DNA from: a virus
Taxonomy: Duplodnaviria > Caudoviricetes
Strand: one strand, 5' to 3'
Length of the DNA stretch: 63,816 nt
Virus record (IMG/VR): IMGVR_UViG_3300005253_000675
Coordinates: 1-63,816 of that record
Every line of letters begins with the position of its first letter. The stretch's first letter is position 1. Under the pieces are notes generated by a model, which was not told the origin of the DNA, searched no databases, and was given only the letters and a program-made list of their open reading frames with translations. Positions 37,832-46,167 of this stretch are shown piece after piece. The translations under genes were made by a program, and so were the position numbers.

Positions 37832-38248
37832 ATGAGCTTCATCAACGTTCCCGGGTTCGTTGAGGACGTCGCGTTGGACGACAGCGACAAGGTCATCACG
37901 GTGCCCGCTGGGGAACGCTGGGAGCTGCTCGGCGTCTACGCTGACCTGAGCACCACCACCGCGGTGGGCGTCCGTCAGCTGGAGATCGAGATCGCGACCG
38001 CCACCGGCGTCCTGATCCGGCTGGAGTTTGGCGAGACCCAGGCCCAGAGCGTCGCTAACAAGCTGTACGCCGCCGCTCTGGGCCTGGTGTCAGAGGTCCA
38101 CGTCGCCGGCGAGATGGTCTTCGAGCAGCTGCCCGCGTTCCATCTCGTGGAGGGCGACACCGTCCGGGTCTTCGACAGCGCGGTGATCGACGCCGGGGCC
38201 GACGACCTGGTCGTCCAGATCAACCGCCTCAGCAGCTCTGAAAAGTGA
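37832..38248 (+). CDS. Beta-rich putative virion protein
   Basis: TVPAGERW pattern; head region. Confidence 0.65.
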   Translation: MSFINVPGFVEDVALDDSDKVITVPAGERWELLGVYADLSTTTAVGVRQLEIEIATATGVLIRLEFGETQAQSVANKLYAAALGLVSEVHVAGEMVFEQLPAFHLVEGDTVRVFDSAVIDAGADDLVVQINRLSSSEK

Positions 38249-39696
38249 GCAAGACGCGACAGGTCCTGAGGGTCAACGCCCAGCACCTCGTCCGCGACGA
38301 GGCCCGCGACGGCACCATGTTCCTCGTGGTGCCCGTGGTCATGCTCCAGGAGCAGATCCTCTTCTGCTCCAACTGCCACCCCGACGGCGAGTTCATCTCG
38401 GCCACCGAGATCACGAGCAGCCTCGTCGGCTGGAACAACCGGCCGGTGACGCTGAGCCACCCCGCCGCGGAGTGGAGCCCAGCCAACCACCAGCGCCTCG
38501 AGGTGGGCCGGGTCTTCAACGCGTTCTGGGACGGGAAGCTGAAGGCCGAGATGTGGCTGGACCTCAAGGCCCTGCGGCGCACCAGCGAGGGCAAGGCCGT
38601 CGAGGCCGGCTTCCGCGACCACAAGCTGCAGGAGGTGAGCACGGGCTACTTCGTGGACCGCATCGCCCGCGCCGGCAGGTTTCGGGGACAGACCTTCGCG
38701 ATCGTACAGATGAACATCGTGCCTGACCACCTCGCCGTCCTGACGAACGAGGTGGGGGCGTGCTCGATAGAGGGCGGCTGTGGCGCCCCTCGTCTCAACT
38801 CCAACGGAGGAGACCCCATGGATGATGAGACCACTTTCATAGAGCGTTTGGTTGGTGGGGCGAAGGCCCTGCTGGCCCTTGGCTCAGCCGTTGGGGATGG
38901 GTCCGACGACGGCGACAAGAAGTCACACGGACCCGGTAACGACGGAGACAAAGGGAAGGAGGCTTCCATGAAGAGGAAGGAACTCGTCGCTCTGCTCCTC
39001 AAGACCGAGAAGGTGTCGTTCTCGGAGAAGGAGCTGGGCAAGATGAAGGACGAGCAGCTGAAGTCACTGGCCACGTTGGCCGGCTGCGACTGTGGTGACG
39101 ACGACGCTGCCGAGGCCAAGAGGAAGGTCGAGGCCGAGGCCAAGAAGAAGGTCGAGGCCGAGGCCAAGGAGGAGGAGGCTTCCATGAAGAGGAAGGAACT
39201 CGTCGCCTGGCTGCTCAAGGCCGAGAACGTGGTGTTCTCGGAGGAGGAGCTGGGCAAGATGAAGGACGAGCAGCTGAAGTCGTTGGTGAAGCTGGCTGGC
39301 GATGACGCCGGCAGCTTCAACCCGGAAGACCAGAAGTTCCTGACGGCCCTCAGGGCCGCCGGTGGCGACTCGGTCGACGGGCTGGTCGCGCTGATGGAGG
39401 CCGGGAAGGTGGAGGCCGCGCGTCGGCAAGCCCTGCACGACGACCTCGTCAAGCAGCTGAACAAGGACGAGATCGTCGCGATGAGCAAGGCCGTGCTGAA
39501 CGGCATGAGCCTGGAGGCGCTCGAGGGCCTGGACCGCTCCCTGAACCCGACCAACTACGCTGGTCGGGGTGGAGCCCGGATCGAGAACCGGGGAGGCGAC
39601 GAGGAGCACTTCGCGCCTGACGCCCCCGCGATCCTTCTGGCGGAGCCCGACGGCACGAAGTCAGGCGACGGCGACGACGAGGGAGGTGACTCATGA
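38245..39696 (+). CDS. Prohead protease/scaffold (DUF2213-type)
   Basis: PVTLSHP, EVSTGY, PDHLAVL..GACS..GCG; charged C-terminal scaffold. Confidence 0.9.
   Translation: MSKTRQVLRVNAQHLVRDEARDGTMFLVVPVVMLQEQILFCSNCHPDGEFISATEITSSLVGWNNRPVTLSHPAAEWSPANHQRLEVGRVFNAFWDGKLKAEMWLDLKALRRTSEGKAVEAGFRDHKLQEVSTGYFVDRIARAGRFRGQTFAIVQMNIVPDHLAVLTNEVGACSIEGGCGAPRLNSNGGDPMDDETTFIERLVGGAKALLALGSAVGDGSDDGDKKSHGPGNDGDKGKEASMKRKELVALLLKTEKVSFSEKELGKMKDEQLKSLATLAGCDCGDDDAAEAKRKVEAEAKKKVEAEAKEEEASMKRKELVAWLLKAENVVFSEEELGKMKDEQLKSLVKLAGDDAGSFNPEDQKFLTALRAAGGDSVDGLVALMEAGKVEAARRQALHDDLVKQLNKDEIVAMSKAVLNGMSLEALEGLDRSLNPTNYAGRGGARIENRGGDEEHFAPDAPAILLAEPDGTKSGDGDDEGGDS
38957..39300 (+). repeat. About 128-bp internal duplication (period 216 bp) in the scaffold
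   Basis: EASMKRKELVA.LLK.E.V.FSE.ELGKMKDEQLKSL occurs twice. Confidence 0.95.
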
Positions 39697-40136
39697 GCCC
39701 CTCTGGAAGAGTCATCGTGCTCAAGGGCAACCCGATCGTGAAGGAAGCGTCAGCGTCTGTGGCAGGTCTCCTGCCCGGCATCCGTGTCAACCTTGAAGCT
39801 GCTGGTCAGCTTGAAGTTGCTGGTGTCGCGACCGAGCAAGACCCCGGTCGTAAGGCGTTTGTGGTTGAAGCCGATGTGGTAGGTAACACGGCGGCCGACG
39901 CATACGCGGACGACGATCAGGTGAAGTACATTGTCGCTGGACCTGGTGATGAGATTCTCATTCGTGTGACCGCTGCCCTTACGTGGGCGATCGGTGATCC
40001 GTTGTACGCTGCCGCTCTCGGGCGAGTCGGCGACATTCCACTCAGTACCGGCGTCGCTGCGGCGCCTATCGGCTATGCGCTGGAAGCGAATGCTGCGGCA
40101 GCGGTCGATACCCTCTTTGCCATGGAGGTGGCATGA
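39693..40136 (+). CDS. Head decoration/cement protein
   Basis: Small Ala/Gly-rich protein between protease and MCP. Confidence 0.75.
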   Translation: MSPSGRVIVLKGNPIVKEASASVAGLLPGIRVNLEAAGQLEVAGVATEQDPGRKAFVVEADVVGNTAADAYADDDQVKYIVAGPGDEILIRVTAALTWAIGDPLYAAALGRVGDIPLSTGVAAAPIGYALEANAAAAVDTLFAMEVA

Positions 40137-41131
40137 TGAGAAACGGGGCAGCCTCCACCAGGTCGCTGCAGCAGCTGGCCGGCATCGGCAGCGCTGGAAA
40201 GCGGTTCGCCGCTTCAGGCTTCAACGTCAAGGTCCTTAGGACCTTGGACCTTCTTCGGAAGGACGAGTGGATCAGGGTGGACGAGGCGGTGGTGCGGGTG
40301 GCGCGCTCGCAGCTGGGCGCGGTCACGGACCTTCGCAACGCTGGGCTCGTGCGGAACCTCGGCTCCATCGGGGTGATGCTGGACCAGTTCGAGAAGGTCA
40401 CCGAGGTCGACGAGGCCGAGCAGAACATGACCGGGATCGCTCCCGGCCAGCGGGACCTGCCCGAGTACACGCTGGCCACGGTGCCCATCCCGGTGACGTT
40501 TCGGGACTTCCAGGTGAACATCAGGGTGCTGGAGGCCTCGCGTACCCGTGGCGCTGCCATGGACACGGTCACCGCGGAGATGTGCACCCGCCGGGTGACG
40601 GAGAAGCTGGACGACATGGTGTTCAACGGCTCGGTGGTCCAGGCCGACGGGGCGACCATCCTCGGTTACACGACCCATCCCGACCGGGCCACCGGTACGC
40701 TGACCGACACCGCTGGTGAAGGTTGGTTGCCGTCTGCGGCTCGTGACATCATCGCGGACGTGGTGGCCATGGTCGCGGTCCTGGAGGCGAGGAACTACCG
40801 TGGACCGTACATCCTGTACGTCCCGGTGAACTACAAGTCCGAGCTGCGGAACGACTACAGCACGGCCAAGGGTGACCGCACCTTCGAGGAGCGTATCCTG
40901 GCGATCGAGGAGATCACCGCGGTCAGGTCCACGGTCTCGCTCACGGCCGAGGTCGTGCTGGTACAGATGACGTCAGACGTGGTCGACCTGAGCGTGGGTC
41001 AGGACATCACCACCGTCGAGTGGGACGAGATGGGTGGGCTGGTCTCGAACTTCAAGATCATGGCGGCCTTGGCGCCCCGCGTCAAGAGCAGCGCGATCGA
41101 CGAGAACGGGGTCGCGCACTTCAGCGTCTAG
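40133..41131 (+). CDS. Major capsid protein (HK97 fold, Linocin/encapsulin-like)
   Basis: LRKDEW..D..V, PIP...DF....R.L..SR, G.T.HP.R; position. Confidence 0.9.
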   Translation: MMRNGAASTRSLQQLAGIGSAGKRFAASGFNVKVLRTLDLLRKDEWIRVDEAVVRVARSQLGAVTDLRNAGLVRNLGSIGVMLDQFEKVTEVDEAEQNMTGIAPGQRDLPEYTLATVPIPVTFRDFQVNIRVLEASRTRGAAMDTVTAEMCTRRVTEKLDDMVFNGSVVQADGATILGYTTHPDRATGTLTDTAGEGWLPSAARDIIADVVAMVAVLEARNYRGPYILYVPVNYKSELRNDYSTAKGDRTFEERILAIEEITAVRSTVSLTAEVVLVQMTSDVVDLSVGQDITTVEWDEMGGLVSNFKIMAALAPRVKSSAIDENGVAHFSV

Positions 41132-41170
41132 GCGAGCTGAGGGTGACGAGCGGTAACGCAGGACGAGCAC

Positions 41171-41202
41171 CCGGGAGCCGAGCGACTCAGCTCGGCTCCC
41201 GG
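41171..41202 (+). terminator. Perfect 13-bp hairpin after MCP (no U-tract)
   Basis: CCGGGAGCCGAGC/GCTCGGCTCCCGG. Confidence 0.55.
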
Positions 41203-41226
41203 TCCTCCTAAACGGGAGCACAAAAG

Positions 41227-41697
41227 ATGGCCAAGACGATCAAGGCGACGCACCGGCTACGCCGACCGCACGGCGTGATCTTCGACCCCAAGCGTCACTT
41301 TCTCAAGGGTGACGACGTGCCCGAGGCGGGAGCTCGGGTCACGCTCTCGGCCGGCACGCACGTCATCCCCTCGGTCGGGCAGCTCGCGAACCTGCCTGAC
41401 CGGTTCGAGTCCCTGTCAACCCCCGAGGCACCCGCCGAGATAGACGACCCCGAGGACGACGGTGACGGCGACCCCGAGGACGACGAGGGGAGCGAGGATG
41501 ATCACCGCGCGGCGGACGCCGCGGTCGACGCCGCCCTCGAAGCGGTGGGCGGCGACTGGAGCGCCCTGACGTCCCCGCAGCTGAGGGACCTGGCTGAGGC
41601 GTACGAGCTGGAGGTGCAGGGCACCGGGAGCGGCGGGAACGTGCTCAAGGCAGACTGGATACAGGCGGTCCAGGGAGCGCGTGGGGCGGTCGCCTAG
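41227..41697 (+). CDS. Protein with acidic linker and small C-terminal helical domain
   Basis: LT..QLR.LA..V.GTG.GG.V.K.D (HeH/PSBD-like). Confidence 0.7.
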   Translation: MAKTIKATHRLRRPHGVIFDPKRHFLKGDDVPEAGARVTLSAGTHVIPSVGQLANLPDRFESLSTPEAPAEIDDPEDDGDGDPEDDEGSEDDHRAADAAVDAALEAVGGDWSALTSPQLRDLAEAYELEVQGTGSGGNVLKADWIQAVQGARGAVA

Positions 41698-41698
41698 C

Positions 41699-41802
41699 GG
41701 CGTCGTCTTGGCCTGGGTGCGTGGTCTAGGGAGCAAGGCCATGCCCTAGGCCGCCACCCGGCCGAACGAGGGACGCCTCGCCGCTGAGCGAACAGCGGCG
41801 GG
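41699..41802 (+). ncRNA. Long bulged hairpin + second hairpin (candidate ncRNA or processing site)
   Basis: Nested stems GGCGTC/GACGCC, GGGTG/CACCC, CTAGGG/CCCTAG. Confidence 0.4.
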
Positions 41803-41830
41803 GACGACAACCTGAGAGGGAGGCCAAGCG

Positions 41831-42226
41831 ATGGCCCTGAGAACGTCGGCGCCGGAGGTGTGCGCCATCATCGAGACGGACCTGGACGCGGACGCGGTCC
41901 TGCCGTTCATCATCCCGGCGAGCGCGCTGGTCGACCAGCACCTCGCGGGCTTCACCCCGGCGATTAGCGACGGCCTCCTCCTCCAGGTCGAGACGTACCT
42001 GGCCGCGCACTTCCTCGCCCTGTTCGACCCCCGCGCCGAGAGCGAGTCGGCCGACGGCGTACGGTTCAAGTACGAGGGCAAGACGGACATGGCCCTAGAC
42101 TCCAGCAAGTACGGGCAGATGGCCCAGGTCCTCGACCCGTCGGGCCGGCTGAAGCAGCTGAGCAAGGACAACCGGGTGGGCTGGCAGGTATCGGTCGCCA
42201 ACGAGCGGGACGTGGAGAACCTCTGA
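41831..42226 (+). CDS. Head-tail adaptor
   Basis: IETDL..FI..A..VD, LAAHF, S.YGQ.A..LDPSG.L. Confidence 0.8.
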   Translation: MALRTSAPEVCAIIETDLDADAVLPFIIPASALVDQHLAGFTPAISDGLLLQVETYLAAHFLALFDPRAESESADGVRFKYEGKTDMALDSSKYGQMAQVLDPSGRLKQLSKDNRVGWQVSVANERDVENL

Positions 42227-42645
42227 TGGCCGGCGGCTTCCTCAGGCTCACCGGCGTGAGCGCGCTGGCCAGGCTGTTCAAGGACGTGGCCGACGCGGCC
42301 CGGTTCCCGGGCGAGTGGTGGGTGGGCTCGGCCGTGCCGTACGGCCCGTTTCACGAGTTCGGCACCACCCGGATCGTGGCGCGGCCCCACTGGCAGCCGT
42401 CGATCAACGCCGTGACCGCGAAGTTCGGGCTGGCGCCCGCGCGCCGTCAGCAGGAGTTCGTCAACGCGATGATCGAGGCGCCCCGCGGGCTGGTCAAGCT
42501 GGTGGCCTTCGACCTGGAGCGGACGGTGAAGATCTCGATCACCGCCCAGGGCATCATCGACACCAGCAACTACCGCAGCTCGATCGCCACCGGGCCCACG
42601 GAGGACGCGGCCTTCGGGGCCAGCGTCGGACAAACGATCAAGTGA
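42226..42645 (+). CDS. HK97 gp10-like tail completion protein
   Basis: VGS.V.Y...EFGT....RP; IDT....SI. Confidence 0.75.
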   Translation: MAGGFLRLTGVSALARLFKDVADAARFPGEWWVGSAVPYGPFHEFGTTRIVARPHWQPSINAVTAKFGLAPARRQQEFVNAMIEAPRGLVKLVAFDLERTVKISITAQGIIDTSNYRSSIATGPTEDAAFGASVGQTIK

Positions 42646-43688
42646 GCGCCTTCACCCGGATGGCTCGCCGCCACGGCGAGGACTTTGTGTATACCGGGTT
42701 TACCGAGGCCGTCAACTCCAAGATGGTACTCCCCGGGACCGCGGCCAATAACTCCAGCACCGATGACGATCTCGCGTTTGACGTGCTGGTCGGGGACCTG
42801 GACCTGAGGATCAAGCTGCAGATGGCGGACTTCTCGCGAGCCGGCGTCTTTCAGTACCTCATCCACAAGGCCGCGGGGACGCCGGCCACCACGGGCTTCT
42901 ACCTCAGGATGGAGAGCAGCGGCCTACTGCGGATGGTCGTCGCCGAGGGGGCCGTACAGCATAGTATAACGTCCACGGTTGAGGTTCCCGCCGCCCTGAA
43001 CGGGACCATCATCTGGCTCAGGGCCGCCATTGACCTCGACGACGGGGCGGGGAACCACGTGGTGGTGTTCTACACCTCGGTCGACGACCAGCGTACCTGG
43101 GTCGTGGTAGACACCGTGACCACCGCGGGGGTGATCGGCGCCGTGAACGACGTCGCCGAGAAGCTCAGGGTGGGCACCGACTACGTCGGGGCCAACTTCA
43201 CGACGGCCGACGTGTACCGGGTCCAGGTGCGGAACGGGATCGGCGGCGCCCTCGTGTACGACGCCCACTACGCAGCCCAGGCGGTAGGGGCCACGAGCTT
43301 CGCCGACCTCGCGTCCGCGTTGACCGTAACCATCAACGCCCCCGCCACGATCGCGGCGTCGGCCATCACGAGTCACGATGAGTACGGCGACGTGACGTAC
43401 ACGGCCGACGCTACCCCAGACACGATCAGGGGCATACGGCTCGACTCGAAGGACCGAAACGTGCTGGACGAGACCGGCGAGGAGAGGAGCGTCGACATCG
43501 AGGTGCTTGTGCCCGCCCCGCTCAAGAACTCCGCCGGGGTCGCGCTCACGCTGTCGGACGTCACGTCAGACAGGGCGCCGACGTTGACCGACGCGTCTGG
43601 GCGGCTATACCAGGTCGTCGGGATCGGCCACGAGGCCGCCACCCCGGTCGGCGCGCAGCGCATCCTCTGCGCCAGGCAGGTGGACTGA
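42642..43688 (+). CDS. Head-closure-like protein with inserted LamG/ConA-like domain
   Basis: GTGA start; DEYG and C-terminal beta-barrel pattern flank a large beta-sandwich. Confidence 0.6.
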   Translation: MSAFTRMARRHGEDFVYTGFTEAVNSKMVLPGTAANNSSTDDDLAFDVLVGDLDLRIKLQMADFSRAGVFQYLIHKAAGTPATTGFYLRMESSGLLRMVVAEGAVQHSITSTVEVPAALNGTIIWLRAAIDLDDGAGNHVVVFYTSVDDQRTWVVVDTVTTAGVIGAVNDVAEKLRVGTDYVGANFTTADVYRVQVRNGIGGALVYDAHYAAQAVGATSFADLASALTVTINAPATIAASAITSHDEYGDVTYTADATPDTIRGIRLDSKDRNVLDETGEERSVDIEVLVPAPLKNSAGVALTLSDVTSDRAPTLTDASGRLYQVVGIGHEAATPVGAQRILCARQVD

Positions 43689-44155
43689 TGCCTCTCCCCG
43701 TTAACGAGCCCAAGGTCCTGATCCTGGACCTTATCGAGGCGAAGTGGCTGGCCGCGAACGTCGTCGGCGACATGACGCCGGACTTTCACACGGGCTGGTG
43801 GAACCCTCGGTCTCTTCGGCCGCAGATCACGTTCACCAACCAGGATGAGGTCTACCAAGGCGTCTCGGGCTACGGCGCGATCGGGGCCGCCGGCCCGGTG
43901 CAGATCGCAGATGGCACGTTGTCCGTGAACTGCTGGGCTGTCCGCGACGAGGGCGCGGGTGGGACGAACCCCAAGAAGCTCGTACGTGAGATGGCGGAGG
44001 AGGTTCGGCGCATCATCCTGGCGAACGTCGTGCTCGTCACCAATCTCGAGTACGTCAGCGTCCTGTCGGTCGTGGACGTGGCACCGGTGGCCGGCAACAA
44101 GCCGGTGGTATTTCGGAAGAGCATCACCGTTGGCTTTAACTGGAGCACCACATGA
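43688..44155 (+). CDS. Tail terminator-like protein
   Basis: Size and position before the tail tube. Confidence 0.7.
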   Translation: MPLPVNEPKVLILDLIEAKWLAANVVGDMTPDFHTGWWNPRSLRPQITFTNQDEVYQGVSGYGAIGAAGPVQIADGTLSVNCWAVRDEGAGGTNPKKLVREMAEEVRRIILANVVLVTNLEYVSVLSVVDVAPVAGNKPVVFRKSITVGFNWSTT

Positions 44156-44331
44156 AGATCAAGGCCGTGAGCACGAGCACGCGGGCCATCACCCACCAGG
44201 GTGAGCGCGTGGAGTTCGACGAGAAGGGAGTCGGTACCATCAGCGACGTGAACGGCAGAGACCTCGTCGCCAACAACCCCAACTTCACCAAGGTGAAGAC
44301 CAGCAAGAAGGAGACGACCGATGCCGAATGA
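44152..44331 (+). CDS. Small protein (59 aa)
   Basis: ATGA coupling; overlaps tail tube start. Confidence 0.6.
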   Translation: MKIKAVSTSTRAITHQGERVEFDEKGVGTISDVNGRDLVANNPNFTKVKTSKKETTDAE

Positions 44332-45553
44332 AGCGGGGATCCGAGCGCTGCGAGCCAACTTTATCCGGGAGACGATCCCCGGGGTGACGGACGCAGACCC
44401 AGACTGGCTGCGGTTCAGCGACGAGCTGGACGCGGCCACCTACGCCCCAGAGGGGAACGTCTTCGAGCGACGCGCCATCGGCTCGCCCGACGTGAGGGGG
44501 TTCGAGCTGGGGCCCGAGGCCCACGCGATGGGCGTCATCTACTCGATGCAGCGGTGGCTGGTGGGCGCCGACCCGCAGCCGGCGCCGCTGGACGCGGCCG
44601 CGGACGGCCTGCTCCGCGACGCCGAGGGCGGCTACCTGTCCACCCACTCCGTCCTGACGCGGCAGGCGTTCGCGACCGGCGGCACGGACGAGAACGGCTT
44701 CCGGATCTACTCCTATGGGGCCGGCGGGTTCCTCAGCGTGGTCAACGTGTCGGGCAACCCCGACTCGGGCGACCCGAGCAAGGTCGAGCTGACCTACCAG
44801 TTCGAGCGGGCGCGGTCGCACCTGATCAACCAGCCGGCCGTCACGGGCGGCGTGACGATCGTCAGCGACAGCGCCCTGGACACCACCCAGAGCGTGACGG
44901 TCGAGAACGAGGGCGCCGGCACCACGGAGACCATCGCGCTGAACGGCACGACCCCGGTGGTGGGGCTGACCCTGACCTTCGCGGACATCGACGCGATCGC
45001 GCTGGACGCGGAGACCGAGGGGAACATCACGATCACGTTCACCACGGGCGGCCTGGTCTGCGCGGTGATCGAGGGCAAGGTCAGCAACAACGGGATCGAG
45101 GGCGACCTCGGCCTGCCGCTGCTGGGCGCCGGCAGCTTCGAGGCGGCGCTGGGCCTCGCGTTCCAGACGGTGCTGAACGCCGGCGTGGCGAGGGGCGTCA
45201 GCCCGATCGCGACCAACGTCATGGGCATCAGCTTCGAGGTCACGAACAACCTGGCGCAGGACGCGGTGGTGGGCACGCGGAGGATGGTCATCAGCCCCGG
45301 AAACCGTGACCTGAAGTTCAACGCCACCGTCTTCAGCGACCAGGCGTCGCACGACGACATCGTGGCTCACCTCCAGGCCACCGAGGCGGACATGGTCTGG
45401 ACCTTCACCGGGGGCGCGACGGCCAGAGAGGTCACCCTCGGGGCGGCGGCGCTCACCTCGCCGGGCGAGCGGTCGTACGCCAAGGGCGAGGCCACGATGC
45501 AGCGGGACAACGAGTTCACGGCGAAGACCATCGCCATCACCGACGGGCTGTAA
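44321..45553 (+). CDS. Major tail tube protein with inserted domain
   Basis: Position before chaperone and TMP; beta-rich. Confidence 0.75.
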   Translation: MPNEAGIRALRANFIRETIPGVTDADPDWLRFSDELDAATYAPEGNVFERRAIGSPDVRGFELGPEAHAMGVIYSMQRWLVGADPQPAPLDAAADGLLRDAEGGYLSTHSVLTRQAFATGGTDENGFRIYSYGAGGFLSVVNVSGNPDSGDPSKVELTYQFERARSHLINQPAVTGGVTIVSDSALDTTQSVTVENEGAGTTETIALNGTTPVVGLTLTFADIDAIALDAETEGNITITFTTGGLVCAVIEGKVSNNGIEGDLGLPLLGAGSFEAALGLAFQTVLNAGVARGVSPIATNVMGISFEVTNNLAQDAVVGTRRMVISPGNRDLKFNATVFSDQASHDDIVAHLQATEADMVWTFTGGATAREVTLGAAALTSPGERSYAKGEATMQRDNEFTAKTIAITDGL

Positions 45554-45580
45554 GAGAACCAGCCCAGCTGTCACTGAGGA

Positions 45581-46006
45581 GTGATCATGGCCGACGACAT
45601 CACCTCCTTCCTCGTCAAGCGTGACGGAGAGGGAAACGTAGAGCCGTACGAGGTAAAGGTCACGGGGATCAGGGAGGAGAACGAGCCCCTGCTCATCAAG
45701 ATCCTGCCCACGACGGTGGGCTCGCTGAAGGGGCTGACAGACCCCAACGCGGACGTGATCAAGTGGAGCATCGAGGACAAGATCGAGTACGTGCGTCGTC
45801 ACGTGGTGGAGCCGGACTTCGGGGCCCTCACCGCGGAGGAGCTGGAGGAGCGGATGACGATGTGGGACCTGGACATGATCCTCATCTCGGCGGTCCAGCA
45901 CGGCGGGCCGATGAGGCAGAAGAGGGGAGACGGTAAGAAGGGCCCTACCGGGGGCGGCCGGTCGAAGAGGAGATCGCCGCACTCGAAGCGTACCTCCACG
46001 ACCTAG
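45581..46006 (+). CDS. Tail assembly chaperone (G)
   Basis: Position; GAGGAG RBS. Confidence 0.75.
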   Translation: MIMADDITSFLVKRDGEGNVEPYEVKVTGIREENEPLLIKILPTTVGSLKGLTDPNADVIKWSIEDKIEYVRRHVVEPDFGALTAEELEERMTMWDLDMILISAVQHGGPMRQKRGDGKKGPTGGGRSKRRSPHSKRTSTT

Positions 46007-46167
46007 GCTACCGGTACACCGGGCCCGGCAACCTGTACCAGGTGACGTTCTTCGAGATCGCGAGCCTCTCGGAGGGACGCCGGATCCTAGGACTCGTGGC
46101 GGACGGCGTGACCAGCGCGGAGGAGGCGGAGCTGAACAGGCTGGCTGAGGAGCTAGAGACGAGATAG
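45937..46167 (+). CDS. Tail assembly chaperone -1 frameshift extension (GT)
   Basis: Open -1 frame ending at the TAG just before the TMP ATG; G GGC CCT at 45940-45946. Confidence 0.65.
   Translation, partial: EGPYRGRPVEEEIAALEAYLHDLGYRYTGPGNLYQVTFFEIASLSEGRRILGLVADGVTSAEEAELNRLAEELETR

Noticed and set aside
40133-41131. Encapsulin or bacteriocin
   Set aside because: Its position after protease and decoration genes identifies it as the major capsid protein
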